Positions 53,291 through 62,755 of a DNA stretch of 64,000 bases are shown piece after piece. The DNA is taken from positions 90,964 to 154,963 of the forward strand of contig DHWF01000051.1 in the NCBI GenBank assembly GCA_002413045.1. Reading direction: 5' to 3'. The position numbers were made by a program, and so were the translations under genes. Each line of letters begins with the position of its first letter. Position 1 is the stretch's first letter. The notes under the pieces were generated by a model. It had not been told where the DNA came from. It did no database searches and worked only from the letters and a program-made list of their open reading frames with translations. The stretch comes from Chloroflexi bacterium UBA5189 (lineage in GTDB: Bacteria > Chloroflexota > Limnocylindria > Limnocylindrales > CSP1-4).

Positions 53291-53947
53291 CTAGCCGGCG
53301 TCGCGCCGTCGTGGCGACTCGCGCCGCATCTCGGCGGCGAGGGCCTGCTCACGCGGCGAGCCGGCCGCGAGGCCCGCGATCGTGCCCTCGAAGTCCGCCT
53401 CGCTGCGGTTCTGGGTCAGCTTGCGCTTCGCCTCGAGGCGGGAGATCCGTAGCTCCAGCCCGACGATCGCCCTGATCTGCGTCTCCACGTAACCGTCGGG
53501 CGCGTCGTCGATCGACCAGGGATCCGTGCGCGCCGCCTCGTGCCGGTCGACGAGCCGGCGCACGTGGGCGAGCAGCCACTCCGGTTCGGGCCGGAGCGTG
53601 ATCGTGCCGTGCGCGAGAACCGTGACGTAGTTCCACGTCGGCACGACCTTGCCGGTGCGCCGCTTCTCCTCGTAGAAGGCGGGCGAGATGTAGGCGTCGG
53701 GGCCGTCGAAGATCGCGAGCGCCTCGACCGCTGGATCGATGTCCCGCCACTGTGGATTCGGGCGGGCCAGGTGGCCGCGGAGCGTCCCGTGCTCGCCGTC
53801 GCCGGCATCGAACAGCATCGGCAGGATCGAGGCGCGCAGGCCGTCCGCCGCGAGGGTCACGAGCGTCGCCGGCACGCGCGGCGCAAGCTCGGCGAGGAGG
53901 GCCGCGGGATCGCCGACCTCGAACCGATGGTGTGCGGGCTGGTACAC
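53291..53947 (-). CDS. FMN-binding negative transcriptional regulator, PaiB family
   Basis: GTG gives MYQPAHHRF. LRGHLARPNPQW, GPDAYISPAFY, VPTWNYVTVLAHG, RLEAKRKLTQNR. Confidence 0.85.
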   Translation of the reverse strand: MYQPAHHRFEVGDPAALLAELAPRVPATLVTLAADGLRASILPMLFDAGDGEHGTLRGHLARPNPQWRDIDPAVEALAIFDGPDAYISPAFYEEKRRTGKVVPTWNYVTVLAHGTITLRPEPEWLLAHVRRLVDRHEAARTDPWSIDDAPDGYVETQIRAIVGLELRISRLEAKRKLTQNRSEADFEGTIAGLAAGSPREQALAAEMRRESPRRRDAG

Positions 53948-54030
53948 GTCGGCCTCCCTCGATCCGATTGTGGCATGCGGTCGAATCCGGGCCCGCGCGA
54001 TCGAAGCCGGCCGTGCGATCATCGGCCGGC

Positions 54031-55110
54031 ATGAACGTCCTGCTCTTCCTCGCCGGCCTGATCCTGCTCGGCATCGTCCTGTGGGACATCTTCCAGTCGA
54101 TCGTCGTGCCTCGACCAACGCCGGGCCGGCTCCGGCTCGGGCGCTACCTGATCCCCCCGACGTGGCGGGTCTGGCGCGCCATCGGGACGCGGGCTCGCAA
54201 CCCCCAGGCGACGGACTGGTTCCTGGGCCTGTACGCGCCGGGCGCCGCGATCATCCTGTTCGTCGTCTGGCTCGCGATCATCATCCTCGCGGACGGCTTG
54301 ATGCTGTGGGCGCTGCGCGCCGAGATCACGCCCCAGCTCGGTGGGTTCTTCGACGCGCTGTACTTCGCCGGCACGTCTGTCCTGACGCTCGGCTTCGGCG
54401 AGATCATCGCGAGCGGCGCGGTCTCACGGGTAGTCGTCCTCGTGGCCGCGGCGACCGGCCTCGGCGTCGTGGCGCTCGTGATCACGTTCATCTTCTCGCT
54501 GTTCGCGAACTACCAGCGCCGCGAGGTGCTCGTCGTCACGCTGTCGGCCCGGGCGAAGGCGCCGCCGTCCGCAGCCACGCTGCTCGAGACCCACGCGCGG
54601 CTGGACATGATCGATGAGCTGCCCGGCCTGTTCCGCGAGTGGGAGCGCTGGGCGGCGGAGGTGCTCGACAGCCACGTCGCCTATCCCCTGCTCGGGTACT
54701 TCCGATCGAGCCACGACAACATCAGCTGGATCAGCGCGCTTGGCGCCGTGCTCGATTCGGCCGCGCTCGTGGTCACCACGATCCAGGGCGTGCCCCGCGG
54801 CCAGGCCCACATGATGCTGAAGGTCGGCGCCCACCTCGTCGAGGACATCAGCAACAACCGCGGCGAGATCGGTGAGCCCTCCGAGGTCGACGAGGCAGGC
54901 TTCGCGATCGTCTACGAGCATCTCGCCCGCGTGGGCTACAAGCTGGAGCCACGCGAACGATCCCTCCGGGCATTCGAGCGGGTGCGCCGGACGTACGCGG
55001 GCCGGCTCGAGGCCCTCGCTGCCTTCTGGGCCACGCCGGCACCGCGCTGGAGCGACCACCAGGACGTCATGCCGGGTTCCGCGATTCATGAGGCGCCTCC
55101 CGCCAAGTGA
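54031..55110 (+). CDS. ion channel family protein (2-TM pore with TLGFGE filter-like motif) plus a C-terminal cytosolic domain
   Basis: FFDALYFAGTSVLTLGFGE between two TM helices. A ~200-aa tail of unknown fold. Confidence 0.7.
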   Translation: MNVLLFLAGLILLGIVLWDIFQSIVVPRPTPGRLRLGRYLIPPTWRVWRAIGTRARNPQATDWFLGLYAPGAAIILFVVWLAIIILADGLMLWALRAEITPQLGGFFDALYFAGTSVLTLGFGEIIASGAVSRVVVLVAAATGLGVVALVITFIFSLFANYQRREVLVVTLSARAKAPPSAATLLETHARLDMIDELPGLFREWERWAAEVLDSHVAYPLLGYFRSSHDNISWISALGAVLDSAALVVTTIQGVPRGQAHMMLKVGAHLVEDISNNRGEIGEPSEVDEAGFAIVYEHLARVGYKLEPRERSLRAFERVRRTYAGRLEALAAFWATPAPRWSDHQDVMPGSAIHEAPPAK

Positions 55111-55170
55111 GTCGGTGGCGACTGGTTGCCGCCGCCGATCTGACGAGCGTCCGCGCGGCTCAGCCCGGCC

Positions 55171-56100
55171 TCAGCGCAGGATCTCGACCGTATCGCCGTC
55201 GTCCACCTCGTGGTCGCGCCCGACCCGCTGGCCCTCGAAGCGCGCCGAGGGACCCCAGACCCGCGCGCCGGTGAACGACGTCGCGAGATCCTGGTGGACC
55301 CAGGCCGCGACGTCCTCGACGGTTGCGCCGGGATCCAGCGCGAGTGGCTCCTGGTCGGTCTCGCCGTTCGTCCGCAGGCGGACCCGAATCAGCCCTGTCA
55401 GCCCCCAGGCGGCGGCCCGGAACGCATCGAGACTCGCCTCGTCGATGACCGAGACTGGCACGACCTCGAGGTCCGCAAACGCGGCCCGCAGTCGCTCGAG
55501 GGCGTGGGGCGCGGCTTCATCGAACCGCGTGGCGGCAACGAACGCCGGCTTCTCGATGCCGGCGAGCGCCACCTCGGCGCGAACGGGCACGAGGTCCCCT
55601 GAGTCGGCGTCGGCCCGGGCGCAGTAGATGATCGCGTCGGCCGATCGCAGCACGCCGAGCAGCGCCCGTCCCCCACCCCGATCCTCGTTGGCGCCCTCGA
55701 TGAGGCCGGGGATCTCGACGAGCTGAACGAGCACACCACCGATCCGGGTCAGCGCCGGGATCGGGCGAAGGGTCGTGAACGGATAGTCGCCGGTCTTGAT
55801 CTGGATCTCGGACAGCGCCTGGAGCAGCGAGGACTTGCCCACGTTGGGCGGTCCCACCAGCGCGATCTGCGCCGCGCCCTCGCGCCGAACCGAGATCGAG
55901 TCGCGGTGGACGGCGTTCGACCGCTGGCGCGACTCCTCGATCTCCGAGGCGAGCCACTTGCGGAGGTCCGCGTATGGACCGTTCTTGTAGTCCGGCAGCT
56001 CCGAGATCAGTGCGTTGACCTCGCGGATCCGGTCCCGGCCTTCTTTCCCTACGAGCCTGCGCTTCGCCACCTGGGCGAAGGTTCGATGCGGCATCGGCAT
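55171..56100 (-). CDS. OBG-HflX-like GTPase of the DRG/Rbg type with C-terminal TGS-like domain
   Basis: SVRREGAAQIALVGPPNVGKSSLLQAL, YPFTTLRPIPA, VEIPGLIEGA. C-terminal GATVEDVAAWVHQDL...GRDHEVDDGDTVEI. Confidence 0.8.
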   Translation of the reverse strand: MPMPHRTFAQVAKRRLVGKEGRDRIREVNALISELPDYKNGPYADLRKWLASEIEESRQRSNAVHRDSISVRREGAAQIALVGPPNVGKSSLLQALSEIQIKTGDYPFTTLRPIPALTRIGGVLVQLVEIPGLIEGANEDRGGGRALLGVLRSADAIIYCARADADSGDLVPVRAEVALAGIEKPAFVAATRFDEAAPHALERLRAAFADLEVVPVSVIDEASLDAFRAAAWGLTGLIRVRLRTNGETDQEPLALDPGATVEDVAAWVHQDLATSFTGARVWGPSARFEGQRVGRDHEVDDGDTVEILR

Positions 56101-56176
56101 GTCGATCTCCCGTTGATCACCGGGGACGACGCGGCGCGCACAGGCAAAAGCTGCAGCAGCGGCTCGCGTCTGTCCC

Positions 56177-56209
56177 GCCCCTTCCTCCGACGCTGGTTGT
56201 GGAAGGGGC
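56177..56209 (-). other. 9-bp perfect hairpin (GCCCCTTCC/GGAAGGGGC) between the ChrB-domain gene and the GTPase gene
   Basis: Inverted repeat with a 15-nt loop. Could be a terminator or a leader structure. Confidence 0.35.
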
Positions 56210-56307
56210 CGATCAGCCGTTCTGCTTGGAGATCGTTGCGGCCCACGCGTCGATCGGACGGCGGACCAGGAGCTCGTTCATCGTCGGCGAAGGGTACACC
56301 GAGGCGG

Positions 56308-56751
56308 TCAGCCCGCGGCGCCCCCGCCGACCTGATCCTGGGCCCACGCATAGAGCGCGTCGTACACCGGCAGCTCGAGGGCCAGCTGATGCTGGTCGTC
56401 GAGGCCGAGGAGCGCGAAACCGTCGGCGATCGCTTCGAGGCCGCGGGACTGCGGGGTCGCGTCGGCGTCCTCGGACACGTCCGCGCCGTGGATGACCTTC
56501 GCCATCAGGGAGAGCGCCGGGTCATCGAGCCCATTCGCCTCGATGAGCACCTCGAACGAGCACAGGCCGTCGCGGTGGGTGTAGTCCGCGCCAGGCGCAT
56601 CGAAGCTCGTCGCGCCCTCCCGCTTGGCATATGCGAGCACGTCGTCACGTGGGACGTAGATGATGTCCGCGTCCGGGTCGATGAACTTGCGGATCAGCCA
56701 CGGACAGGCGATCCGGTCGGTCTTCGGGTGTTCGCGCGTGACCCACTTCAC
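56308..56751 (-). CDS. chromate resistance protein ChrB C-terminal domain protein
   Basis: GTG gives VKWVTREHPKTDRIACPWLIRKFIDPDA...FEVLIE. Confidence 0.75.
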   Translation of the reverse strand: MKWVTREHPKTDRIACPWLIRKFIDPDADIIYVPRDDVLAYAKREGATSFDAPGADYTHRDGLCSFEVLIEANGLDDPALSLMAKVIHGADVSEDADATPQSRGLEAIADGFALLGLDDQHQLALELPVYDALYAWAQDQVGGGAAG

Positions 56752-56802
56752 GCCGTAGGCATAACACGCCGCTGGCGACCATGCGCCTGTATCGTGCGGA
56801 CG

Positions 56803-57372
56803 ATGACCGCGTTCGATGACGCACCGCATCTCGAAGTAGCCGACCGCGAGACCTTCCGCGCGTGGCTCGAGGCGAATCACGCCACCGCGACCGGCGTCTG
56901 GCTCGTGATGAACCGGCAGGAGGCGCGGCGCACGTTGTACGAGATCACGGTCGAAGAGGCCCTCTGCTTCGGCTGGATCGACAGCACGGCCGGCCGGGTC
57001 GACGACGAGCGCGGCAAGCTGTACTTCGCGCCGCGCAAGGCCACCAGCGGCTGGGCCGCCACGAACAAATCGCGCATCGAGCGGCTGATCGCCGCCGGCC
57101 GCATGGCGCCCGCGGGGCTCGCCGCCATCGAGCGCGCGAAGGCCAACGGCTCGTGGGAGCTCCTCGACAGCGTCGAGCGCGGCGAAGCGCCGGCGGAGCT
57201 CACGAGCGCCCTCTCGGCTCGGCCGCCGGCAGCCGCCAACTGGGCCGCCTGGCCGCCCGGCGTGCGCAAGCAGGCGCTGACCTCCATCGCCCAGGCTCGC
57301 CGCCCCGAGACGCGCGCGCAGCGGATCGAGAAGATCGTCGACCACGCCGCCAGGAACGTTCGGCTGGCCTGA
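56803..57372 (+). CDS. YdeI/OmpD-associated family protein
   Basis: FRAWLEANHA...GVWLV...EEALCFGWIDS...SGWAATNKSRIERLIAAGRM. Confidence 0.8.
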   Translation: MTAFDDAPHLEVADRETFRAWLEANHATATGVWLVMNRQEARRTLYEITVEEALCFGWIDSTAGRVDDERGKLYFAPRKATSGWAATNKSRIERLIAAGRMAPAGLAAIERAKANGSWELLDSVERGEAPAELTSALSARPPAAANWAAWPPGVRKQALTSIAQARRPETRAQRIEKIVDHAARNVRLA

Positions 57373-57394
57373 GCGGGCGGCCGCCGGGCAGCCT

Positions 57395-58375
57395 TTAGAC
57401 GGTGATCACGACCTTGCCCTTGGCCCGGCCCTCGTGGACGGCGCGGAGTGCCTCGCGAACCTGGCCGAGCGGAAACCGCTGATCGATCTGCGGCTTGATG
57501 ACGCCAGCGGCGATGAAGCGCTTGAGGTCGGCCACGTCGGACGGCGCGAACGCGCGCCAGCCACCCATCAGCCCCAGGCGCTTGCCGCGCGCGATCAGCC
57601 AGCCGGTCAGCGCGAGCACCGGCAGCGACAGGATCCACGGGCGGTTGCCGCCCATCGCCATGTACACGCCGTTGGGTCGGAGGGCCTTCACGAAGCCGAG
57701 GATCGACCGGTGCGCATCGACGTCGATGATCCAGTCGTACGGGCCGGTGTTCGTGTAGTCGGTGGTCGTGTAGTCGATGGCGTGATCGGCGCCGAGCGAC
57801 CGCACGAAATCCATCTTCTCGGTCCGACAGACGCCCGTGACCTCGGCACCCAGGTGCTTCGCGATCTGGACGGCGAACGGCCCGACGTTGCCGGACGCAC
57901 CCACGATCATGACCCTGGACCCGGGCCCGACCGCGCGCCCATGGCGCGGCCGCATGCCCTGCACCGCGAGCAGCGCGGCATGCGGGAGCGTCGCCGCGTC
58001 CTCGAATGACAGCCCCTCGGGCAGCAGCTGGAAGGCCCGCTCCGGAGCACATACGTACTCGGCGAACGAGCCGTGGCCGAACCAGAACATGTCGGCAAAC
58101 ACCGCGTCGCCCACCTTGAACCGGCTCGCCGTTGGCCCAACGGCCTCGATGACGCCAGCCACGTCCAAGCCGAGCTGCTTCCTCCGCGGCGCGCGCACGC
58201 CGGTGAACACGCGAAACAGCTGCGACTTGGGGAGGAGCCAGTCCAGGTCGGCCCGGTTCACCGAGGCGGCGTGGACCTTCACGAGGACCTGATCGTCAAC
58301 GGGGACGGGCGTCGGGACCTCCCGGATCTCGACAACCTCCGGCTCGCCGTACGTATCGTGCATGGCCGCCTTCAT
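57395..58375 (-). CDS. NAD(P)-dependent MDR-family quinone oxidoreductase / alcohol dehydrogenase
   Basis: VLVKVHAASVNRADL, GDAVF, VMIVGASGNVGPFAVQIAK, GKVVITV. Confidence 0.88.
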   Translation of the reverse strand: MKAAMHDTYGEPEVVEIREVPTPVPVDDQVLVKVHAASVNRADLDWLLPKSQLFRVFTGVRAPRRKQLGLDVAGVIEAVGPTASRFKVGDAVFADMFWFGHGSFAEYVCAPERAFQLLPEGLSFEDAATLPHAALLAVQGMRPRHGRAVGPGSRVMIVGASGNVGPFAVQIAKHLGAEVTGVCRTEKMDFVRSLGADHAIDYTTTDYTNTGPYDWIIDVDAHRSILGFVKALRPNGVYMAMGGNRPWILSLPVLALTGWLIARGKRLGLMGGWRAFAPSDVADLKRFIAAGVIKPQIDQRFPLGQVREALRAVHEGRAKGKVVITV

Positions 58376-59766
58376 GACTGCGGCTCGATGTTGAAGTTGC
58401 GCCGGAACACGTTGTCCGGATCCCAGGTGCGCTTGAGGGCCTGCAGCCTCGCCAGCTTCGCGTCGCCATAGATCGCGCGGACCTGCTCGGCGCCGTCGCG
58501 AGTGCAGCCGTTGACGTATCGACCGATGGTGAGGTCCGGCGCCACGATCTCCAGCGCCCGGTCGATCCAGACGCTGTTCGCCGTATCGAGGGACGGGTCG
58601 TCCCAGGAGCCGTCGGCGCTCAGGTCGAACGCGGCGTCGCGGCCGGTGTAGGCCATCGCGTCGTCCGCGACCCGCGCGATCGCGCCGCCCTGGACCGTGA
58701 TCGAAAACGAGGCGCCGTCGGGCGCCGTCGCGGCGTGGTCGAGGAGCGCGTCGATCGCACTGGGCGCGACGTCGTTCGCGTAGGCGCTCTCGATGATCGA
58801 TCGATGGCCGAAGCCCATCGCGAGATCATGCGCGGTCTGGACGTCGAGGTATGGGAGGCTTGCCTCATTGACCACGACCGGCTTCGGGCCGGCGCGCAAC
58901 GCCGCCGTATCGCGCTCGACGTCTGCGGCGTTGCCGCAGTGGCTGTACCCGACGACGACGATCGGCTGGCCGGCGATCGATTCCGGGTACTCGTCGATCG
59001 GCTCCGCCCGCCCGATTGCCATGATGCATGTCAGCGCGCTGGGCATCGACGGCGCGAAGTCGCGGACGGCAGTCCATACCGCCTGCGCATCCGAGCCGCG
59101 ATAGATCCGGATGCCCCGATGCAGCACCCCGGCGAATGGCTGCAGCTCGAACTCGAATGCCGTCACGATGCCGAAGTTCGCGCCGGCGCCACGGATCGCC
59201 CAGAACAGGTCCGGCTCCTCGTTCTCGCTCGCACGAACGACGCGGCCGTCCGCCGTCACGAGCTCGACCGCGCGCAGGTTGTCGATCGTCAGCCCGAACT
59301 GACGCTGCAGCCGCCCGACCCCGCCACCGAGCGTCAGCCCCGCGACCCCGGTATGGCCGATGACGCCGACCGGGCAGACGAGGCCGTGTGCCTGCGCCGC
59401 GACGTCGAGCTCGCCGAGCAGCGCGCCGCCGTTGACGCGCGCCGTTCGGCGCTCCGCATCGACCGCCACGCCGCGCATGCCGGCCATGTCGATGACGAGC
59501 CCGCCGACCGTCGAGGAGTGCCCGGTCGGACTGTGCGCACCGGAGCGCAGCGCGATCTCGACGTCCCACTCCCGTCCGAGCCGGAGCGCCGTGGCCACGT
59601 CGTCGACATCCGCCGGTCGCACCATGACGCCCGGTCGCCGGTCGATGAGCCCGTTCCAGGCTCGCCGCGCCTCGTCGTAGCCAGCGTCGTCCGGTGCGAT
59701 CACCGCGCCGTTGAGCGCCTCACGCAGGCGGCTGATGTCGGCTGGTCTGATCGTCCGGCTGGGCAC
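58372..59766 (-). CDS. FAD-binding oxidoreductase (FAD_binding_4 + BBE-like C-terminus)
   Basis: RSGAHSPTGHS, GVIGHTGVAGLTLGGGVG, WAIRGAGANFGIVT. C-terminal WDPDNVFRRNFNI. Confidence 0.88.
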   Translation of the reverse strand: MPSRTIRPADISRLREALNGAVIAPDDAGYDEARRAWNGLIDRRPGVMVRPADVDDVATALRLGREWDVEIALRSGAHSPTGHSSTVGGLVIDMAGMRGVAVDAERRTARVNGGALLGELDVAAQAHGLVCPVGVIGHTGVAGLTLGGGVGRLQRQFGLTIDNLRAVELVTADGRVVRASENEEPDLFWAIRGAGANFGIVTAFEFELQPFAGVLHRGIRIYRGSDAQAVWTAVRDFAPSMPSALTCIMAIGRAEPIDEYPESIAGQPIVVVGYSHCGNAADVERDTAALRAGPKPVVVNEASLPYLDVQTAHDLAMGFGHRSIIESAYANDVAPSAIDALLDHAATAPDGASFSITVQGGAIARVADDAMAYTGRDAAFDLSADGSWDDPSLDTANSVWIDRALEIVAPDLTIGRYVNGCTRDGAEQVRAIYGDAKLARLQALKRTWDPDNVFRRNFNIEPQS

Positions 59767-59801
59767 CCGCCGATGCTAGCCCAGCTCGGCGGCGACCTGC
59801 G

Positions 59802-60329
59802 CTATGCCCGAACCGGGAGGCGCGCGCCGAGTGCCCGGCCCCACTCCCGCGCTTCCTCGAGCTCCCCGTCGACCAGCGCGTCGCCCTGGGGCGCCTTGGT
59901 GCTGATGACGAAGCTCTGCGGATCCGAGACGATCTCGAAGCCGAGGCGGCGCAGGTGCTTCGAGAAGCTGCCGGCGGCTGAGCCGGTAAGGACCTTCGGC
60001 CCGTCGATACGGGTGTCGAAGGCCGCCGCTGGGATCGGTCCGGCCACGTGCTCGAGTTGCTCGAGCCATTCGCGCAACCCGATGCCGGTCGACACGAGCT
60101 GGCCCGCCGCGCGCTCGGCCGCCGACGAACGGGTCCGGGCGGTCGTCATGCCGTGGACGTGGGTCGGCCCGCCGACGACAAGCAGGTCGAGGTCGGGCTG
60201 GATCGTCGTGGCCGCATGCGACACCTCCACGACGTCGACATGCACGTGCTCGCCGAGCCCGGCCGCGACCGCCTCCGCGACGTGCCGGGTGTTGCCGAAC
60301 ATGGACTCGTAGATGACCAGGGCGCCCAT
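59802..60329 (-). CDS. flavodoxin family protein
   Basis: ALVIYESMFGNTRHVAEAVA...LLVVGGPTH. Confidence 0.8.
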   Translation of the reverse strand: MGALVIYESMFGNTRHVAEAVAAGLGEHVHVDVVEVSHAATTIQPDLDLLVVGGPTHVHGMTTARTRSSAAERAAGQLVSTGIGLREWLEQLEHVAGPIPAAAFDTRIDGPKVLTGSAAGSFSKHLRRLGFEIVSDPQSFVISTKAPQGDALVDGELEEAREWGRALGARLPVRA

Positions 60330-60461
60330 CGTCGTTCCTCAGTGCGAGTGCCGTAGTGCTGCTGCGCGTTCACGATCGTCCAGGGCGGTGCCCGCGCCTA
60401 GGGCCGGCTGGCCCATTCGGCGCGGACTTCGTTCCCGACGCGCAACCGGAGTGGCATCGGC

Positions 60462-60481
60462 GCACAACCTCCGGGTTGTGC
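60462..60481 (-). terminator. 8-bp hairpin GCACAACC-CGGA-GGTTGTGC (minus-strand reading) after the agmatinase gene, in the flavodoxin leader
   Basis: Perfect inverted repeat with a tetraloop. No clear U-tract. A competing arm lies at 60440..60451. Confidence 0.4.
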
Positions 60482-60501
60482 TCCCGCTTGGCAGAACCGG
60501 G

Positions 60502-61449
60502 CTACCTCCGGAGCGCGAACAGCGCGAGGCACTCGTAGGCGAGATTCGACGCTGCCAGGGCGGTCAGCTCGGCGTGGTCGTATGGCGGAGCGACCTCGAC
60601 GACGTCGGCACCGACGATCGGCAGGCCCGCCATCCCGCGCAGGAGCAGCATCATCTCGCGCGTCGTGAGGCCGCCGGGCTCCGGCGTGCCGGTGCCGGGC
60701 GCGTGGGCCGGGTCCAGGACGTCGATGTCGATGCTCACGTAGACCGGCGAGTCCCCCACCCTGGCCCGGATCCGCTCGATGGCGGCGTCCACGCCAGCGC
60801 GAGCGACGTCGACGGTCGAGGTGATCTCGAAGCCCATCCCCGCGTCCTCGACGAGATCCTGCTTCCCGAAGATCGAGCCGCGGATGCCCACGTGCGCCGA
60901 GCGCCCCACGGCGAGCAGGCCCTCCTCGAAGGCGCGTCGGAATGGCGTGCCATGGGTGTACGCCGCCCCGAAGTACGTGTCCCACGTGTCGAGGTGGGCA
61001 TCGAAGTGCACCAGGGCGATCGGGCCGTGGCGCTCGCGGGCGAGTCGCAGGAGTGGCAGCGCGATCGTGTGGTCGCCGCCGATCGCGAGCAGATAGTCCG
61101 CCCGCTCGAGCGTCTGGCGGCCGCCGGTCTCGATCGTCGCGATGGCTTCGGCGATGTCGAACGGGTTCGGCGCGAGGTCGCCCGCGTCGGCAACCTGGTG
61201 GACGAGCCACGGCTCGACGTCGATGCCCTGGTGGTATGCCCGGAGGAGCTTCGAAGCGGCACGGATCGCCGCCGGCCCGAAGCGCGCTCCGGGACGGTAC
61301 GAGACGCCTGCGTCGAACGGCACCCCCAGCACGGCAACCCTGGCGTGCGGCACGTCCTCGAGTCGCGGCAAGCGGGCAAAGGTGTCCGGCCCGATGAAGC
61401 GGGGCCGGACCCGGCCGTCTGGTGCGCCGATCGGCTTGGGTGGCTCCAT
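60502..61449 (-). CDS. speB: agmatinase
   Basis: Ureohydrolase motifs GGDHTIALP, HFDAHLDTWD, SIDIDVLDPAHAPGTGTPEPGG. ATG MEPPKPIG at 61449. Confidence 0.88.
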   Translation of the reverse strand: MEPPKPIGAPDGRVRPRFIGPDTFARLPRLEDVPHARVAVLGVPFDAGVSYRPGARFGPAAIRAASKLLRAYHQGIDVEPWLVHQVADAGDLAPNPFDIAEAIATIETGGRQTLERADYLLAIGGDHTIALPLLRLARERHGPIALVHFDAHLDTWDTYFGAAYTHGTPFRRAFEEGLLAVGRSAHVGIRGSIFGKQDLVEDAGMGFEITSTVDVARAGVDAAIERIRARVGDSPVYVSIDIDVLDPAHAPGTGTPEPGGLTTREMMLLLRGMAGLPIVGADVVEVAPPYDHAELTALAASNLAYECLALFALRR

Positions 61450-61472
61450 CGGCTCGCAGGATAGGCGGCGGG

Positions 61473-62414
61473 TCAGTCGTGCTCGAGCCGGACCAGCCGA
61501 ATGGCCCAGCGGCACGAGCTCGTGATCTCGAGCGTGAAGTTCACCCAGGTGCTGCTGCCGGCAACGGCCCACGGGAGCGCGGAGCCGGCGACCGGGGCCG
61601 CCTTGACCGAGGTCGTCGAGGTGTCGAGGGCCGTCAGCGGTTCGAAGTCGGCATCGTCCGGCACGAGCTGAACCTTGAACGGGCAGGTCGTCGCGGTCCC
61701 CGTGATCGTTGCGGCCCAGTAGAACAGGAAGGCGTCGTGGCGTGGCATCGGCGCCGAGACGTAATTCCCCGTCCCCGCGATAACGAGGCCCGGGGCGTCC
61801 ACGGCCTCGATCTCGGCCGTGGTCGGGCGTCGCTCCAAGGTCACGTACTTCGTGCTGCCGACCGCCGTCGCAATCCAGGCCGGCACCGGCTGGCCGGCCA
61901 GCGGGGCCTGGTCGTACCAGTTCGTGGTCTGGTCGTCGAGCGTCGCGCCGGCCGCCGGCCAGACGAGGTACCAGGTGATATTTCCCACCTGGAGGGGGCC
62001 GAGCTGCACCTTCACGAAGTTGCCCGTGTTCAGCCGAACCTCGCCGAGATCGCTCGCGGTCGTCCCCAGGATGAGGTACTGGTGGACGAGCCTGGCGGTC
62101 TTCGTCGGCGCCGTGCGAACGGCGAGCTTGTCGATCTGGATCTTGAGGATGTCGTCGAAGTGGAAGCCATTCGTCGTCACGGTCCCCGGCGACGGGGGGA
62201 CCTCCGTCGAGCCAACGCCGGGGGTCTTGGTCGGCGAGAGCGTCGGCGGCGGCGTCAACAGGGCGCCGGTATCGATCGGGGCGGTCGTTCCCTCAGGTGA
62301 AGCCCTGGGGCTTGTCACCGGGCTTGAGCAACCCGCGACGATCGCCATGACGCCGAGCGCGCCGATCAGGCGGCGCCGGGCATTCGTGCGGAGTTCGCTG
62401 ACCCCCGTCATCAC
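61473..62414 (-). CDS. lipoprotein, function unknown
   Basis: Lipobox VAGC, P/T-rich linker, beta-rich body. Upstream of speB on the same strand. Confidence 0.65.
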   Translation of the reverse strand: MMTGVSELRTNARRRLIGALGVMAIVAGCSSPVTSPRASPEGTTAPIDTGALLTPPPTLSPTKTPGVGSTEVPPSPGTVTTNGFHFDDILKIQIDKLAVRTAPTKTARLVHQYLILGTTASDLGEVRLNTGNFVKVQLGPLQVGNITWYLVWPAAGATLDDQTTNWYDQAPLAGQPVPAWIATAVGSTKYVTLERRPTTAEIEAVDAPGLVIAGTGNYVSAPMPRHDAFLFYWAATITGTATTCPFKVQLVPDDADFEPLTALDTSTTSVKAAPVAGSALPWAVAGSSTWVNFTLEITSSCRWAIRLVRLEHD

Positions 62415-62494
62415 TGGCGAAGCAAGCCTACGCTACGCTAGGCCGTCAGGGAGCGGCCGCATGCCGCACCAGCCATTCCGCAATCGAGGCAGAG

Positions 62495-62752
62495 TTGACG
62501 AGACGATCAGAGTTCGAGCGCGCGCGGCGAGTCGCCGAGAACGAGCGCATGGTCGAGATCGAGCGCGCCTGGCGAGGCAGCATTCCCGCTGACGTGGCCT
62601 CGAAGTTCGATGCGCAGGTCCGCGCATCCCAGGCCCGCGGGCCGATGCCGCCGGCGCCGAACATGGCCCCGGGCACGCAGCCCCGCCCGCCGCGTCCCGG
62701 CCACGAGCCGAAGCCCAAGAAGCTCGACGAACGCGAACGGCGCGGGCGCTAG
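62495..62752 (+). CDS. hypothetical small charged protein
   Basis: ORF with moderate GC3. P-rich, basic C-terminus. Confidence 0.4.
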   Translation: MTRRSEFERARRVAENERMVEIERAWRGSIPADVASKFDAQVRASQARGPMPPAPNMAPGTQPRPPRPGHEPKPKKLDERERRGR

Positions 62753-62755
62753 CCG

